Assembly (NCBI GenBank): GCA_040954595.2
Contig: CM082584.2
Location: 4,220,110 to 4,284,109 of the forward strand
Direction of reading: 5' to 3'
Length of the DNA stretch: 64,000 nt
Source: Balanoglossus misakiensis
Lineage: Eukaryota; Animalia; Hemichordata
Within the stretch, counting starts at the first letter, position 1; each line of letters begins with the position of its first letter. The notes beneath the pieces are model-generated. The model did no database searches. It worked only from the letters and a program-made list of their open reading frames with translations, and was not told the origin of the DNA. The position numbers and the translations under genes were made by a program. Of the stretch, positions 12,101 through 24,531 are shown one piece after another.

Positions 12101-15100
12101 AGTACAGGATAAGTACCGGGCAACAGCAATATAGTTTTCAAATATGAAACCTGTAATTGAGAATGACTTGGATATATTGGTGATGATCTAATGTCTTTAC
12201 AATGGTAAAATGATCAAAATATCTTTTTGTTCATTTAATTAGTTGTAATATAGTAAGACACAGTATACATATTTTCATGACTATCTATGGATGGGAAAAG
12301 ATGCAATAAATTGATTTTTCAGTGATGAGAATTTCTGAAGTGAAGTCAAGATGTTATTTAGCTAAATGCTTAAAAATTCACTTGTTATTTCCAGGTGGAT
12401 TTTGAAGAATCTGCTGTTCTGAACAAGTTTGTTGTGAAACCAAACGTAGACAAGGCTCTGGATGAAAGTGAGTTGACAATAGTAGATACATGTTACTACT
12501 ATTAAAGGGACAAAGTCTCTCTCGCTGCCCTTTTTCCATTAATTATTTTTGATACAAGACAATGTTTATGTTATTCTACATGTGGATATATAGTGAATGA
12601 ACATTCAATCACACACACCTTCCATCCCACTTGCAGACACAAGAGTGAAAAACTCGCCTAAATGAATAATTGTTCTCTACCATTTATTCATTTTGGGCGA
12701 GTTTTTACTCTCATATCATCACACCACAGTATTAGCATGAGGTATATTATAATATGACAGAACTTCATGACCTCTGCGCGCGATCTGTGCAATATGGATT
12801 TTATTTTCATGAGTGAGAAGGTGTATTCTTCCGAGTATTTTTACGAGCGACAGCGAGTAAAAATACGGAAGAATACACCTTCTCACGAGTGAAAATAACA
12901 TCCATATTGCACAGATCGCGCGCAGAGGTCATGAAGTTCTGTTATTATTGCATATGTTTCCCCAGATTTGACGAAAATCAAAGTTTCGATCGTGGCATAT
13001 TGATTTTCATTACAGTGATGCGCCAAAGGCTATGCAACCCAGAGAAGGCCGCTCATTGGCCAAAATGACGCAACCTTTGTTATGCAAAGAAGGGTCATGT
13101 GGGGTCATTCCAACAGTGGGTTACCTGAAGTCGTGAGAACGCAGCGATAAATTTTGAAAAACTGGCGATAGCGAGAGATTTTCGTAATTTTCGAGGTTCC
13201 AAAACACACTGACAACTAAATGTTCTGTTATTCTGACGATAGTTGGGAAGGATAATAAAACAACGTGCCAGAATGTTGAAAAATCCGCATGTTTCGGCGA
13301 TCATGTTGGCTCATTTCATCGGTGGTTTAGCTCAGGTCGCAAGATAGCATCGGCAATATTTGAGAAACTGGCGATAGCGAGGGATATTCCGAGGTTCCCA
13401 AACATACTGCCAGTTAATGTTTTGTTATTCTGACAAAATTTGGGAAGGATAAGACAATGAAGTCTCCGAATGTTGAAAATTCCCCACGTTTCGGCGATCA
13501 TACTCCAGCTCTGCCGACCGCGTTCAATGTTTACAAACAAAACGTAGTCCGGCTTGTTTTTACTCATTTGCATATGGGTTGTGAAAAATACCACTTTGTC
13601 ACGCGCACAACTAAAACAACAATCGGCTTTTTTGCGACTGAAATAAAACTTTTGTTATATCCTCCGGAGGTTTATATGAACTCCAAGTGATTGTCTAACA
13701 GAACGAAGGTTAAACTTTGAAAGATACGATCGATTGAAGGGGAAATGGGGGATCTTATTCTTCTGGATGCTCATTTGCATATGAGCTCGCAAAAATACCA
13801 GAATTATTATTGCACGGCCCGCTTGGAATACTGTGGTACATATGCAATAATGTATGATAGAACGCCAAAGGTTATGCCAGTAGGTGTATAATAATATTTA
13901 TTTGCAATGACTGTATTCCAGAGAAAGAAACCTACAATGGATTGCCAGATTTTATGACCAAGATTGCCAGAGAGGAGTTGAAGAAACTTGGTGATGACAT
14001 CAAGGAATGCAATGTGGTGTATTTACCTCAGCTGGGTTATCTACTGGCTATTCCAAGATCTTCAATTATGTCAGAGAAGCAAGACTTTCAAATGCCATCG
14101 CTTGAGTTTGTGGTGAGTCAACTTTGATAGTCTTGGTTCTTATAGAAAACCGTACCGCGTAAGTAAAGACGTCGCCGTTCCTTACATCTGATTTTAATCA
14201 GATAGGGTTCTACCACAGGACAGGACATTGTTAACATAATGATTTGATAATGATTTGTTGTTTTTGCTATTTAAAGGTCCCATGCCATGCCCTATACAAC
14301 CACGCGTAAAATCACTATTTGGGTCTTGAAGTTAACGTATGTTACTATCTTGCAATGCGTTTTGCCCCTTGTGCTTAGATAACAAGCAAGTAAAAGTGGC
14401 GGGTGGGCGTGTACCCCTAACCCAACTCAGTCGATTTTTTTCGGCTTTTCGAAGTTAAGCCGAAGACTTATCTTGATATGGACAAATAGTCTTTCACACC
14501 TTTGTAAATCCTCTGCCTGCAATGTGAGGCAAGGGCTTCTTTTGCTTTGAACACTGTTTATATAGCTTGTCTTTGTCTGTGGACTTAATTACTCATGGAC
14601 CGATAATTACACTTTACTGTAAACAGAATGGTACACTACCATGTAGTGTACTTGTTTGTCCATATGCAAATACCTTCGCCTGGCTCGAGTGCGAAGTGGC
14701 TCCCCGATCACAGGCATGAAAAAAGGGGGCAAATTCCGGCATTCGCGCACATTTTTCGGAACCGACACAATAGGCAATGCATAGACAGGTACCCTAGGTG
14801 AGCTTTTGACGTGGAAAAATGAAAACTTTCCAAAGCATGACATGGGACCTTTAAAGGTATACGGTCACCTTAGCTACAGCAACCATGGTAAACTTGATAT
14901 CTAGCCAATCACGGATTTTTAGTTGGTGGCACATGCAAAAATAAGAGTGCCACCATATGCTCTTTAGAACCCTCAAATACACCATTTCTGCCATATATGG
15001 GTGTATGTAAATTGAAGGTGACTGTATACCTTTAAGTTTCAATGTTGCCACCAAGTTAAATAATGTGTGCAACTAACATAGTTAATTTCAGAACAAATAT

Positions 15101-18100
15101 ACAAACCTGTTCTAGTAAGTAAGTGATATATATATCTGTTTACTGGCATCAAAACTTGTTCTTAAGTCACTGTAATAGTTATTTATTGTTTCCTTTTGCA
15201 ACCATAATATAGTTCTTCCTTTTCATGGTGCATTTTTAGCCGTTTTTGTTGCTAGTCGTTTAAAGCACAGTATTGAACTATTTTTCCACTTAGACTTATT
15301 CTGAACATCTTTGCATGGCTCATATTTAGAGAATTTGACCTACATAGGTATGGCACAGCTGGGCAGTTTGAACCCCCCTTAAAATGCATCAAATCTCACT
15401 GTTTTGCACTGTTTTGATTGGCTAGTCATCTATATAGGCCCTACTGAGTTGCACACGCTTTACAGGTGTGGGTGCTGGAAGTTTAATGCCCCATCAAACC
15501 ACTTACAGCAGATTTGGCAAAAAAGGGTTACATTTATACCATATAACCAAATGATATTATCCAAACAGTGATATTTTCCATGTTCACTTTGTAGTTCTTG
15601 TCAAATAACACGGTTCATTACAAGAGTGCCAGTACAAGAGGTGAGTAAATGTTGGACTGTTTCACACAGAGTTTATACATTCCTGGAAAAATCTTTGAAA
15701 GTTCTTAAAATGTGAAACCTGGAAAATCTGTAAGAGTTAATAAACAAATCACTGCTGGAGAATTCCATCTATTGTGATGCCATAAAATGGAAAATGTTTT
15801 AACCTGAAGCGATGACTGGCCTTTTTAATCTGTTGATCTAACAGGGAGTATGTCAAAGACCTTGACTTGTTATTACGTTACTTACCAGTAGCTTTGTTAC
15901 AGTTGGGGAGAAATAATGAAAAGCTGAGAAGTTTATATGGCTTCCCTCAGTGGTCACATGATTGTACCATGTTTAAAGGTCCCATGCCATGCCCTATACA
16001 ACCACGCGTAAAATCACTATTTGGGTCTTGAAGTTAACGTATGTTACTATCTTGCAATGCGTTTTGCCCCTTGTGCTTAGATAACAAGCAAGTAAAAGTG
16101 GCGGGTGGGCGTGTACCCCTAACCCAACTCAGTCGATTTTTTTGATTTTTTCGACTTTTCGAAGTTAAGCCGAAGACTTATCTTGATGTGGACAAATAGT
16201 CTTTCACACCTTTGTAAATCCTCTGCCTGCAATGTGAGGCAAGGGCTTCCTTTGCTTTGAACACTGTTTATATAGCTTGTCTTTGTCTGTGGACTTAATT
16301 ACTCATGGACCGCTAATTACACTTTACTGTAAACAGAATGGTACACTACCATGTAGTGTACTTGTTTGTCCATATGCAAATACCTTCGCCTGGCTCGAGT
16401 GCGAAGTGGCTCCCTGATCACAGGCATGAAAAAAGGGGGCAAATTCCGGCATTCGCGCACATTTTTCGGAACCGACACAATAGGCAATGCATAGACAGGT
16501 ACCCTAGGTGAGCTTTTGACGAGGAAAAATGAAAACTTTCCAAAGCATGACATGGGACCTTTAAGTTCAAGCAACCTTTTGATAGTTCTATTTTGGTTCT
16601 TGGCCAATCTAACAGCAATGGAGTTCAGTTCTTCCTTATATTATTTCAAATAGCCATAATAAACACCCTACTTTTCTCCATATGTGGGATTTTTTTTTAA
16701 AGTGTTAATACAATGCTTTGTGTCGAGATTGCATGGTTATTTTTTTATTAATCTATTTTATTTTAAATTGTTTACTTTGCATATTATGTCAAATTGATTC
16801 ACTTTATTTTATGTATTATTTATACATGATTTACATTGTCATTGTTTTATTTGTTGGTTTGTTTTGTTTCTTTTTTTATATGTTTTGTTTAGTTTTAAAT
16901 GTTTTGTTTTGTTATGTTTTTGTTCTTAACTGCCACACAAAGAGTTGCCTGAGGGGGGATGGTAAAGAATAATGTTATTGGTGTTTGCTGTACACTTCAA
17001 TCTTCAGAATTGGATGCAATACTGGGAGATACTCAATGTGAAATAACAGGTAATATTATTTTACTTGAAAAATTCTTATGTATTTTACTGCTGTTATATC
17101 CTTATTAACAATAGCATAATGAAAAAAATGGATTCAGATTATGATCAAAGCTTGGTTCTCAATGGGTTTTTCAAAAATATCAAGTAAATAAACAAACAAA
17201 CAAACAAACAAACAATTATTTGTTTGTTTATTATGCCAATCAATAATAACAAACAAACAAACAAACACAGGAGCGCCCCCTGTGCTTAAACATGAACAGA
17301 GATAATATTTTGATAATCAAGATACCTAGTCTGATTTGTATTGTATTGTATTGTATTGTATTGTATTGTATTGTATTGTATTGTATTGTATTGTATTGTA
17401 TTGTATTGTATTGTACATGTACATGTATTTTTTTGCAGACCATGAGACAACTATCATGCATAGACTTCAAAATACTATCTTAGAGCACAGTGAAGTCTTA
17501 AATGCAGTTCTGGAATATGCTGCTGAACTGGATTGGTAAGATGATAACAACAAAAAATATTTTCAAATATTTGTACTTGTGTGAATTCTATGGGATTCGT
17601 CACAAAATATGTGCACTTTACAGTTGGTAATTTTGAGCTATAAAGTGGCTATTTGTAGTGTAGTAATAAAAGCCTTCTTGCAATATTTGTAAACCAGGGT
17701 CTCTCTATCAAGAGAGATCATGAGTAAACTATAATAGTATGTTCATGAACATGTATTGTTTTGTGAACAATTTAGTCAGCAGAAATTGACAGGTATAGAA
17801 TATTAAAGCCAACATGTATTTGTGTTCCATTTCAGTCTAATATCACTGGCTGTATGCGCAAAGGAATATAACTACACACAACCAGTATTAACACAAAACA
17901 ATGTAATACACATCAGAGGTGGCAGACATCCACTACAAGAACTTTGTGTCAGTCCATTTGTACCAAACGATACTCTATCTGGTGACAAAGGCAGCAAAAT
18001 TAAATTCCTGACTGGTCCAAATTCAAGTGGTAAAAGTGTCTACATAAAGCAGGTAATGTACAATTCTCCCTACCTTAAATAGGTTTTAAGCTACCTAAGT

Positions 18101-21100
18101 GAGTGATGAAAATCTCATATGGTCGACACAATTTCAAGATGGCCGATTTTTGGCATGTTTAACAAACAGGAGTTCATAAGCTAAAGTGATGACAGGTCAT
18201 TTTGAAACTTTTTAACAGAAAAAATATCAAAATGTGAAAAAAGTTTAATGAGTTAAAATGCTAACTACAGACAATATGTTTGACTAAAGGAAGTCATGAA
18301 ATACAGTAAACATATCATATTTCTTCTATCTCTTTAGTGGGTTGTCGACTTTTCGCCCAGAATGCAATGTGATTTGACCCCCTAGCGCAAAGTGAATACC
18401 TATTTAAGGCAGCCAGAATTGGAAGCATAATGATATCTGTCAGAAAAAAATTGAGAAGCCCTGCGCTCCTAACCCAATCTGATTAACATCAGATGTAGAG
18501 TTAGGCGGTGTCTTTACTTTTGCTGATTCTTGGCTGTTCTGTTTGGAAGGGGGCCAAGACAGAGAACAGAATAGCCAAAACTATCGTACCAGCGCCTAAC
18601 TCTGCATCTGATTTACAAGCAAAAAATAAAGAAACAACAACCACTGTGTCATGATAAACAACGCGGTGTCTTGAATTGAGCCGCCCACTCACGCGATCGA
18701 GCAGCTGACACAAGAAGTGGCCTGTGTCAAAGTCCCATCTTACGTAGTATGTAGCTATACCGGTATTTAGTGGAAGCAGATCCTTTCTATTTTTATCAAA
18801 CTCTATGTACCGGGTATATGTTGTTAACAGATCTGGGTGTTGGTAACCTGTGTTGTGAGGGCTACTATGAAGTTGGAAATTTTGCACATGTCTTTAACTT
18901 GCCATAACATATAACCTAAATTTTGACAGGTTGGTCTGATTGTATTTCTGGCTCATATTGGGAGTTTTGTACCAGCCGAGTCTGCCCACATTTGTATGCT
19001 GGATAGAATCTTTACCAGGATTCATTCCAGGGAATCTGTCACCACTGGCCTCTCCACATTCCTTATTGATCTCAATCAGGTGAGAATGTAACAAGATATC
19101 AGGTTTTTAAAGGGTGTGACGATCGTCTTATGCGCACATGAGACTCTATGGTTACAGAAATTGTATACAGTCAATGCCATAATTAAGGCAGTGTTCTGTC
19201 CTGACAACAGACAAGATGGCAGAGACCATAGTCTGTGTTCGGAGACCAGGAAAAGACAGCAAATTGGGGGGAAAGAAGGGACAAAACTGAAGTCTACTGA
19301 TATGATATGCATGAAATATCGAAGGAAGTGAAGGCAGTCGACTATTGCGTCGAACGCAAAATTTGCAGAACATTTGGATTGGACGTAATGTTAAAAATTG
19401 TGCACACGACATTACGCATATACGCATACGTTGATTGTCAGCCTTTAACAGTATGTATTTCCATGTATTTCTGTGTGTATATTATTTCATAAATGGATTC
19501 ATTAGCCAACAGATGAAAAAGCTCAGTTGTAGAATTCATTACCCACCCACAATTCCTGGATAATATACAATGAAGAAACTTGAGAAAGTAAATTATAAAC
19601 TAGCTTTGAAACAATGAAATTCTACACCAAAATATAGAAATTCAGTTGAACAATATCTGAAAAAATTGTTTCTCTAGGATGTGCATGATAATAGTAAGAT
19701 TTATAACAAACTTTGTCTACAGTAAAACGGGGTATTTTCGTGAAATCAAAAGCGGTAACTGTTACATGAAGATTAATTTTCGCATTCTCATATTTCACTA
19801 ACTGCATCGTTATTTCTGAAAAACATTTTACGCAACTTTTTATTCACATGTTTTTTGGCTCTCGCGTATTTCGCAAAAAATTTTTATTCACGAAAATAAC
19901 CAGTTTTACAGTATTTTTTCTATAAATTTAATTCTGTTACATTCCATTGTTGTTGCTGGTTTCAAATACATAATAATAATTTCTTTATAGATTTGTGTGG
20001 CATTAAAGTATGCAGGTGAGCGTTCATTGGTGTTGCTGGATGAATTTGGAAAGGGTACACAGACAATGGATGGAATAGCCTTACTATGTGGCTGTTTACA
20101 GCATTGGATAAACCAGGCCAAGAATTGTCCTCATGTCTTGGTATCTTCTCATTTCCATACCATTGTACATCAACATCTGCTGTCAAGGTCATCCATCATT
20201 CAATTTCAGGTCAGTCAATATTTGCATCTCCTGTTTTAGTGTCGCTATATTCAAACTGGGATGTTCACATGAAACAAAATTAGAAGACATCAACTTGTGA
20301 TGGCCGCTCTCATTAAAGTAGTATATGCTTTGGAAATCAAAGTCAAAGACTTTTCTCATATTTTGCTGGAGTATTCTCTCTTAAAGGTTGAGAATAAAAA
20401 TTAAAGGCCCACCTTGCAGAATTTTGAATGATCAGAGAGCAAAATTGTCTCAAATTTGAAATTCAAAATGGCCGTACCAGTCTCTGTGTTTACTCGATGA
20501 AAAATATTTAAAATACTGATTATTATGAAAACAAGATAGCAAACACCCTATTTTCTTCTTTATTTTCAAAAAGACTCTCACACACTTTAGCAAAGAATTA
20601 AAATGAATTGAGGACTGTCATATTTCTGATTATCTTTCTCCAAGGCACATCCTACCTTAATTATTTTATTCCTCTCTGATAGATGATGGAAGTTTTGGAA
20701 GACAAGGATGAATTGGTGTCCCTCTATCAATTAATTGATGGCCATAATAGCAGCAGTTATGCCCACCATGTTGCCAAAGTTGCTGGATTGCCGACCAAGA
20801 TACTGGTCAGAGCTCAAGAGGTCATTTTCAATTATTCTTTATTTCATGCAGTAATCTTTAACCCTTTCACCCCCAGTTTCCACTATAGAGGTCTTACTCA
20901 TACCATAAAAAAGAAGGGTAAAAATGAAGTTTTATACTGTTCTGAGTCTGCATAGGCAAACCATGATATGTTTGTGTGAATAGGAACATCCCTACTTTAA
21001 AGCCGCTATAGCTGTCAAATTTCACATATTTTTTTCCACACAAAAAAACATCAAATATATTGCCTATCCTCTAAAATCTTCACCATTAAGCCGTATAACT

Positions 21101-22152
21101 TGCATTTGCATCAGTTTGTTATCTCTTGGCGACACATACCACAATAGCTGTGTACTGTTTGTATGGAGGCTGATTAAATCGGTGCGGCACCGTTTTATTA
21201 CATAGTGTGTTCCAATTGCAACATGCAGTCACAATCGGGCATCGATAAGGGGTTCACCTAAAGCTTATTTAGATGGACCAAATCAAGTTGGAAAATAAAA
21301 TCACAAAAATAATGCAAAAGCGGCAGCTCTAGAGGCTTTAAAATATCCTTTTTGTGGCACAAGACTACAGATAACGTGATTGAAAGGCACTGTCTTGTAA
21401 AAAGAAGTATGCCGTGCAATCAATAAATCTCAATTTAATTAATACTGCTTTGTGCACACTACACTCTAAGATTACACACACAACAAGAGTGATTTCAAGG
21501 AATGATTTTGTATACAAAAAAATTAATATATTTTTCAAAGGTACAGGACTGATGGTGATGCATTTTTTTTTTATTTGTCAAGAACAAAAGTCATGACAAC
21601 AATGTTTGTTAGAAGGCACACTGACTGATGTGGTGTGCTCATTTGAAGAGTTTGGACAGATACAGACTTACTGTAAAATGGGTTATTTTCGCGACAGGAA
21701 ATTTTTCGCGATATCAAAGGAGGCAACTGTAACGCGAGAATTAAATTTTCGCGTTCCCTTTTTTTTACTGGATAATCATCTCCGAAAAACAATTACATGT
21801 AACGTGATTTTTAATTTTCACATTTTCTTGGCTCTCGCGTATTTCGCGACAATTTTTTTCTCGCGAAAATAATCCGTTTTACAGTATTCAGCCTCAGCTT
21901 GCTACAGTGATTCATTAACATGTGACTATCCTTTGGTGATTACAGGTCTGGTCGTTGCTTCAACAGAAGAAAGCAATACACATTCCGCATGTATCCAATG
22001 ATGACAAGAAGAAGAGCTATGAAGCAGTTGTTCGACAATTTCTGAAGTTGAATTTTGAGAAAGATAATCTGCAATCATTTCTTAATCAACTGATTACCAT
22101 TGTTTCTCAAAAAAAAAATTTTGATAAAGTTTTGCCCGAGGAAATCTGTTAA
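9165..22152 (+). CDS. MSH5: MutS homolog 5 (meiotic), 5'-incomplete; 15 coding exons, ~585 aa visible
   Basis: Exons 9165-9210, 10030-10168, 10604-10666, 10796-10867, 11618-11674, 12395-12467, 13922-14112, 15595-15640, 17008-17049, 17439-17535, 17836-18052, 18930-19079, 19991-20209, 20683-20820, 21946-22152, all GT-AG with compatible phases. Motifs [12 protein letters not shown], Walker [37 protein letters not shown], Walker [37 protein letters not shown] and LPDFMT.IAREEL match MSH5 rather than other MutS paralogs as remembered. Confidence 0.92.
11743..12030. mobile_element. PIF/Harbinger-like MITE
   Basis: GGCC...GGCC termini, imperfect TIR (AATATGTG..GTTCCGATTA), TAA on both sides. Confidence 0.65.
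12506..12715. mobile_element. Left half of palindromic TTAA-type MITE family B (AGGGACAAAGTCTCTCTC)
   Basis: TTAA + AGGGACAAAGTCTCTCTCGC; internal similarity to 29916-30274; stops just past the palindrome centre. Confidence 0.65.
12749..13851. repeat. Unclassified interspersed element beginning with a ~185-bp near-perfect palindrome
   Basis: Arms ~12757-12843 and 12858-12942 around CGAGCGACAGCGAG; ATTATTGCATATG near 12944 is inverted near 13840-13851; internal direct repeats ~13140-13310 and ~13345-13500. Confidence 0.6.
14275..14850. mobile_element. Kolobok-like MITE family A, copy 1
   Basis: TIR AGGTCCCATGCCATGC / GCATGACATGGGACCT; TTAA on both sides; near-identical to 15977-16560 and 41179-41754. 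Confidence 0.85.
14855..15031. mobile_element. Kolobok-like MITE sharing a TTAA with the adjacent element
   Basis: AGGTATACGGTCACCTT / AAGGTGACTGTATACCT; TTAA at 14851-14854 and 15032-15035. Confidence 0.75.
15977..16560. mobile_element. Kolobok-like MITE family A, copy 2
   Basis: Same TIRs and body as copy 1; TTAA at 15973-15976 and 16561-16564. Confidence 0.85.
17336..17415. repeat. (TTGTA)n microsatellite
   Basis: ~16 perfect pentamers just upstream of the MSH5 exon at 17439. Confidence 0.95.
19107..19448. mobile_element. Diverged TTAA-flanked MITE related to the element at 41024-41901
   Basis: Shares ACAACAGACAAGATGGC..GAAAAGACA..GGGACAAAAC..ATGAAATAT.GAAGGAAG.GAAGGCAGTC with the 41-kb element; TTAA at both ends. 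Confidence 0.6.
19720..19911. mobile_element. Tc1/mariner-like MITE family C (CWGTAAAA...TTTTACAG, TA TSD)
   Basis: TA-flanked TIRs; homologous to 21671-21884, 31555-31761 and 38016-38220. Confidence 0.75.
20317..20656. mobile_element. Diverged TTAA-flanked (Kolobok-like) MITE
   Basis: AGTAGTATATGCTTTGGA / TCCAAGGCACATCCTACC imperfect TIR; TTAA on both sides. Confidence 0.5.
21001..21337. mobile_element. TTAA-flanked (Kolobok-like) MITE
   Basis: AGCCGCTATAGCTG / CAGCTCTAGAGGCT; TTAA on both sides. Confidence 0.6.
21671..21884. mobile_element. Tc1/mariner-like MITE family C
   Basis: CTGTAAAATGGGTTATTTTCGCGA / TCGCGAAAATAATCCGTTTTACAG; TA TSD. Confidence 0.8.
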
Positions 22153-24040
22153 AGGATGAAGTCATCAGATCCTTATCTCCACATCTGTGCTCATAAACGA
22201 TGCATTTTACCATCAATATTTTAGTGTGATAAAATCAAAATATATATGTACCTGGAAAATCTAAGTATAACGCACAGTTCATCAATGTAAACGAATGCAT
22301 CCATTGTGAATCTCGCAGATACACTTCTTTCACTGTTTAATAGGAGTTTGGTATTTGAAAATGTCACTTGTAAAATATTCCACTCTTTGTGTAGTGTTTT
22401 CAGAAGTACTGACCTAAAGTACGTAGAAACTATCAAAGTACACATTCAAAAAATACTGTTTAAAGTCAAACCACTGTTTGTGGGTTGTATACGCATGATA
22501 CAAGGTCCATCTCACAAATACCACACTTACATTCACCAGAATTGTAATCAGTGTATTGCACTCCTTTTTATGCAAAACTCCAATGATAGATGACAAAAGT
22601 TTGCTATGAGGATAAGCTTTTGCAATGTTTTTACTAAGGTTGGGAAACATTGGTTTTATACGTAGGGGAAAATTAGGGCATTAGACTGGAAAGGTTGGTC
22701 ACTGCAACTCACTGATGATCACAAGAGAGGGAGAGGGGGGGGGGGGAGAGTGCCCTCAAAACGACATGTCTCTCAGTCAGACCAACCAACCAACCAACCA
22801 AGGATTGTTGCTTCAATCAAGTACCATATAAAACACGTGTGTCTGTCTAAGGAATTTTACTCTAGCAAGACTTCTTTGAGGTAGTCATCACAAATGTCAA
22901 AAGAGAATCAACAGGGCTAGGTTGAGATTTGAGACAACCAATTTTGATTAGCCATCTTTTTTTCAACACCATGTTGTGCACTTTGGACAAGTTGTTGTAA
23001 GAAAGTTGAAAATGTTTAATTGTTCTTTCATATATTGTTGATTTCAGTGACTGACATTTTGTAGTCGTGGAGTTTTATATGAGTTTTTCTTTTTTAAAAA
23101 ACATCCAAAGAGTTTGTGACAAAATAAAATGATACAGTTAATTACAAGTGTTTTGCTCATGTGTGTGTATGTGTGTATGTATGTGATAAGGACAATTAGC
23201 ATGATCATTATAATGAAAACAACAACAACAGAATGACGTTATATGCATGCATGTAAAAACTTGAATAGTAAAGGTTCAGCAATTGTTTGCCAGGATTTGG
23301 AGATTGAAAATGAAAATCACCAGATTTCCCAGGTTCCCCAGCAAGTGTTGATCAGACACCACCAGCTAGCTGAATGTACTGAAAGACATATGGCTGTTTC
23401 CTTTAATGGTCAATTTGCATTTTTAATTAACATGAAATTAAATCGAAGTATGAGTACGTCAAAAATTATCAATATAATGTTGCAAAATAAGGGTGTGGTC
23501 TTTATTGAATATGTGGTTTCACCTGGAATTTTGACAGTATACTGCTGAACTTTTGCTAAGATTGGGAAACATTGGTTATACCCAGGGGAAAATCACAGTA
23601 CGGTATTAGCAGTAGACTGGAAAGGTCGGTTACTGCAACTCACTGATGATCACAAGAGAGGGAGAGATAAATATAAATAAAGCTTTGCAGCAAAGAAATA
23701 TGGCTGCCACCATGGTAATTATTAAGTGAACAATACGAGGAAAATGTTACATTTCTAAATATGAAACTTCATAAACGAAGCATAATTTCATCCACGAGAA
23801 CTCATGGAAGTAGATGTACTCCAAAGCATATTTTTTGCTTTTTTTAAAAATTACACAAATTTTCGTCTACTGATATTTTGGGGCCATTTTGTCATAAATT
23901 AGTGTTATCTTGATATATTGTGGGGACAATATTTTTAATAGACAGAATTAAAAGCATAGCCGAGATTATTTAAAGCTTAATTTTTTTTATCCAGTTGCAG
24001 GACATGTGCCTTTAAATCTTATATGCATGGTTGCTGCAAC

Positions 24041-24066
24041 CATAGACAGTAGACAGACTGTCTAAG
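24041..24066. mobile_element. 26-bp P-like mini-insertion
   Basis: CATAGACAGT..ACTGTCTAAG flanked by CTGCAAC (24034-24040 and 24067-24073). Confidence 0.6.
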
Positions 24067-24074
24067 CTGCAACA

Positions 24075-24531
24075 TTGTGACGTGCGCCTTCTACGAATAT
24101 TTTCACAGCTACTTTCGTTTATCTCAGCTTTCAGTGAATACGTCATATCTTTAGAAATGTTCCCATAAACACTTGCGGTAGACACCTACTGTATCATGGC
24201 CGCGTACATACAGGAGACACCCGTCATCAAGCGAACGCCGAGTCATTATCGAAGCCGGATGCTGCTTTTCCTTCGCAAATCCTGTTCGTGATTTTCATAC
24301 CTTTGAAGCTCCACGGTCAGATCCTACCAGGGAAGTATATTCTTCGACTAATAGGGTGCTGCACACTTTTCGAGGGCATTTCAAATCGATATCACCGAAC
24401 CTGTGAAATACGTATGAAATTTGACCAGAGTTGAATTTTATGCCAAAAACCTTGTTGGGATACAGTCGTCTTTCTCTACATTAATGGGAAATATCGCCGA
24501 TTTCAAGAATTGTTCGTCTACGGATTTCAAG
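24075..24531 (+). promoter_or_regulatory. Probable promoter and non-coding first exon of the SARA/endofin gene
   Basis: Locally CpG-rich; TGACGT (CRE-like) near 24078; CATGGCCGC (YY1-like) near 24195; donor AAG|gtaggt at 24531/24532; the ATG exon has its own acceptor at 26683-26684. Confidence 0.45.

Noticed and set aside
17240-17539. YCIVL/QYNTI repeat peptides
   Set aside because: Translations of the (TTGTA)n microsatellite; only 17439-17535 is exonic.
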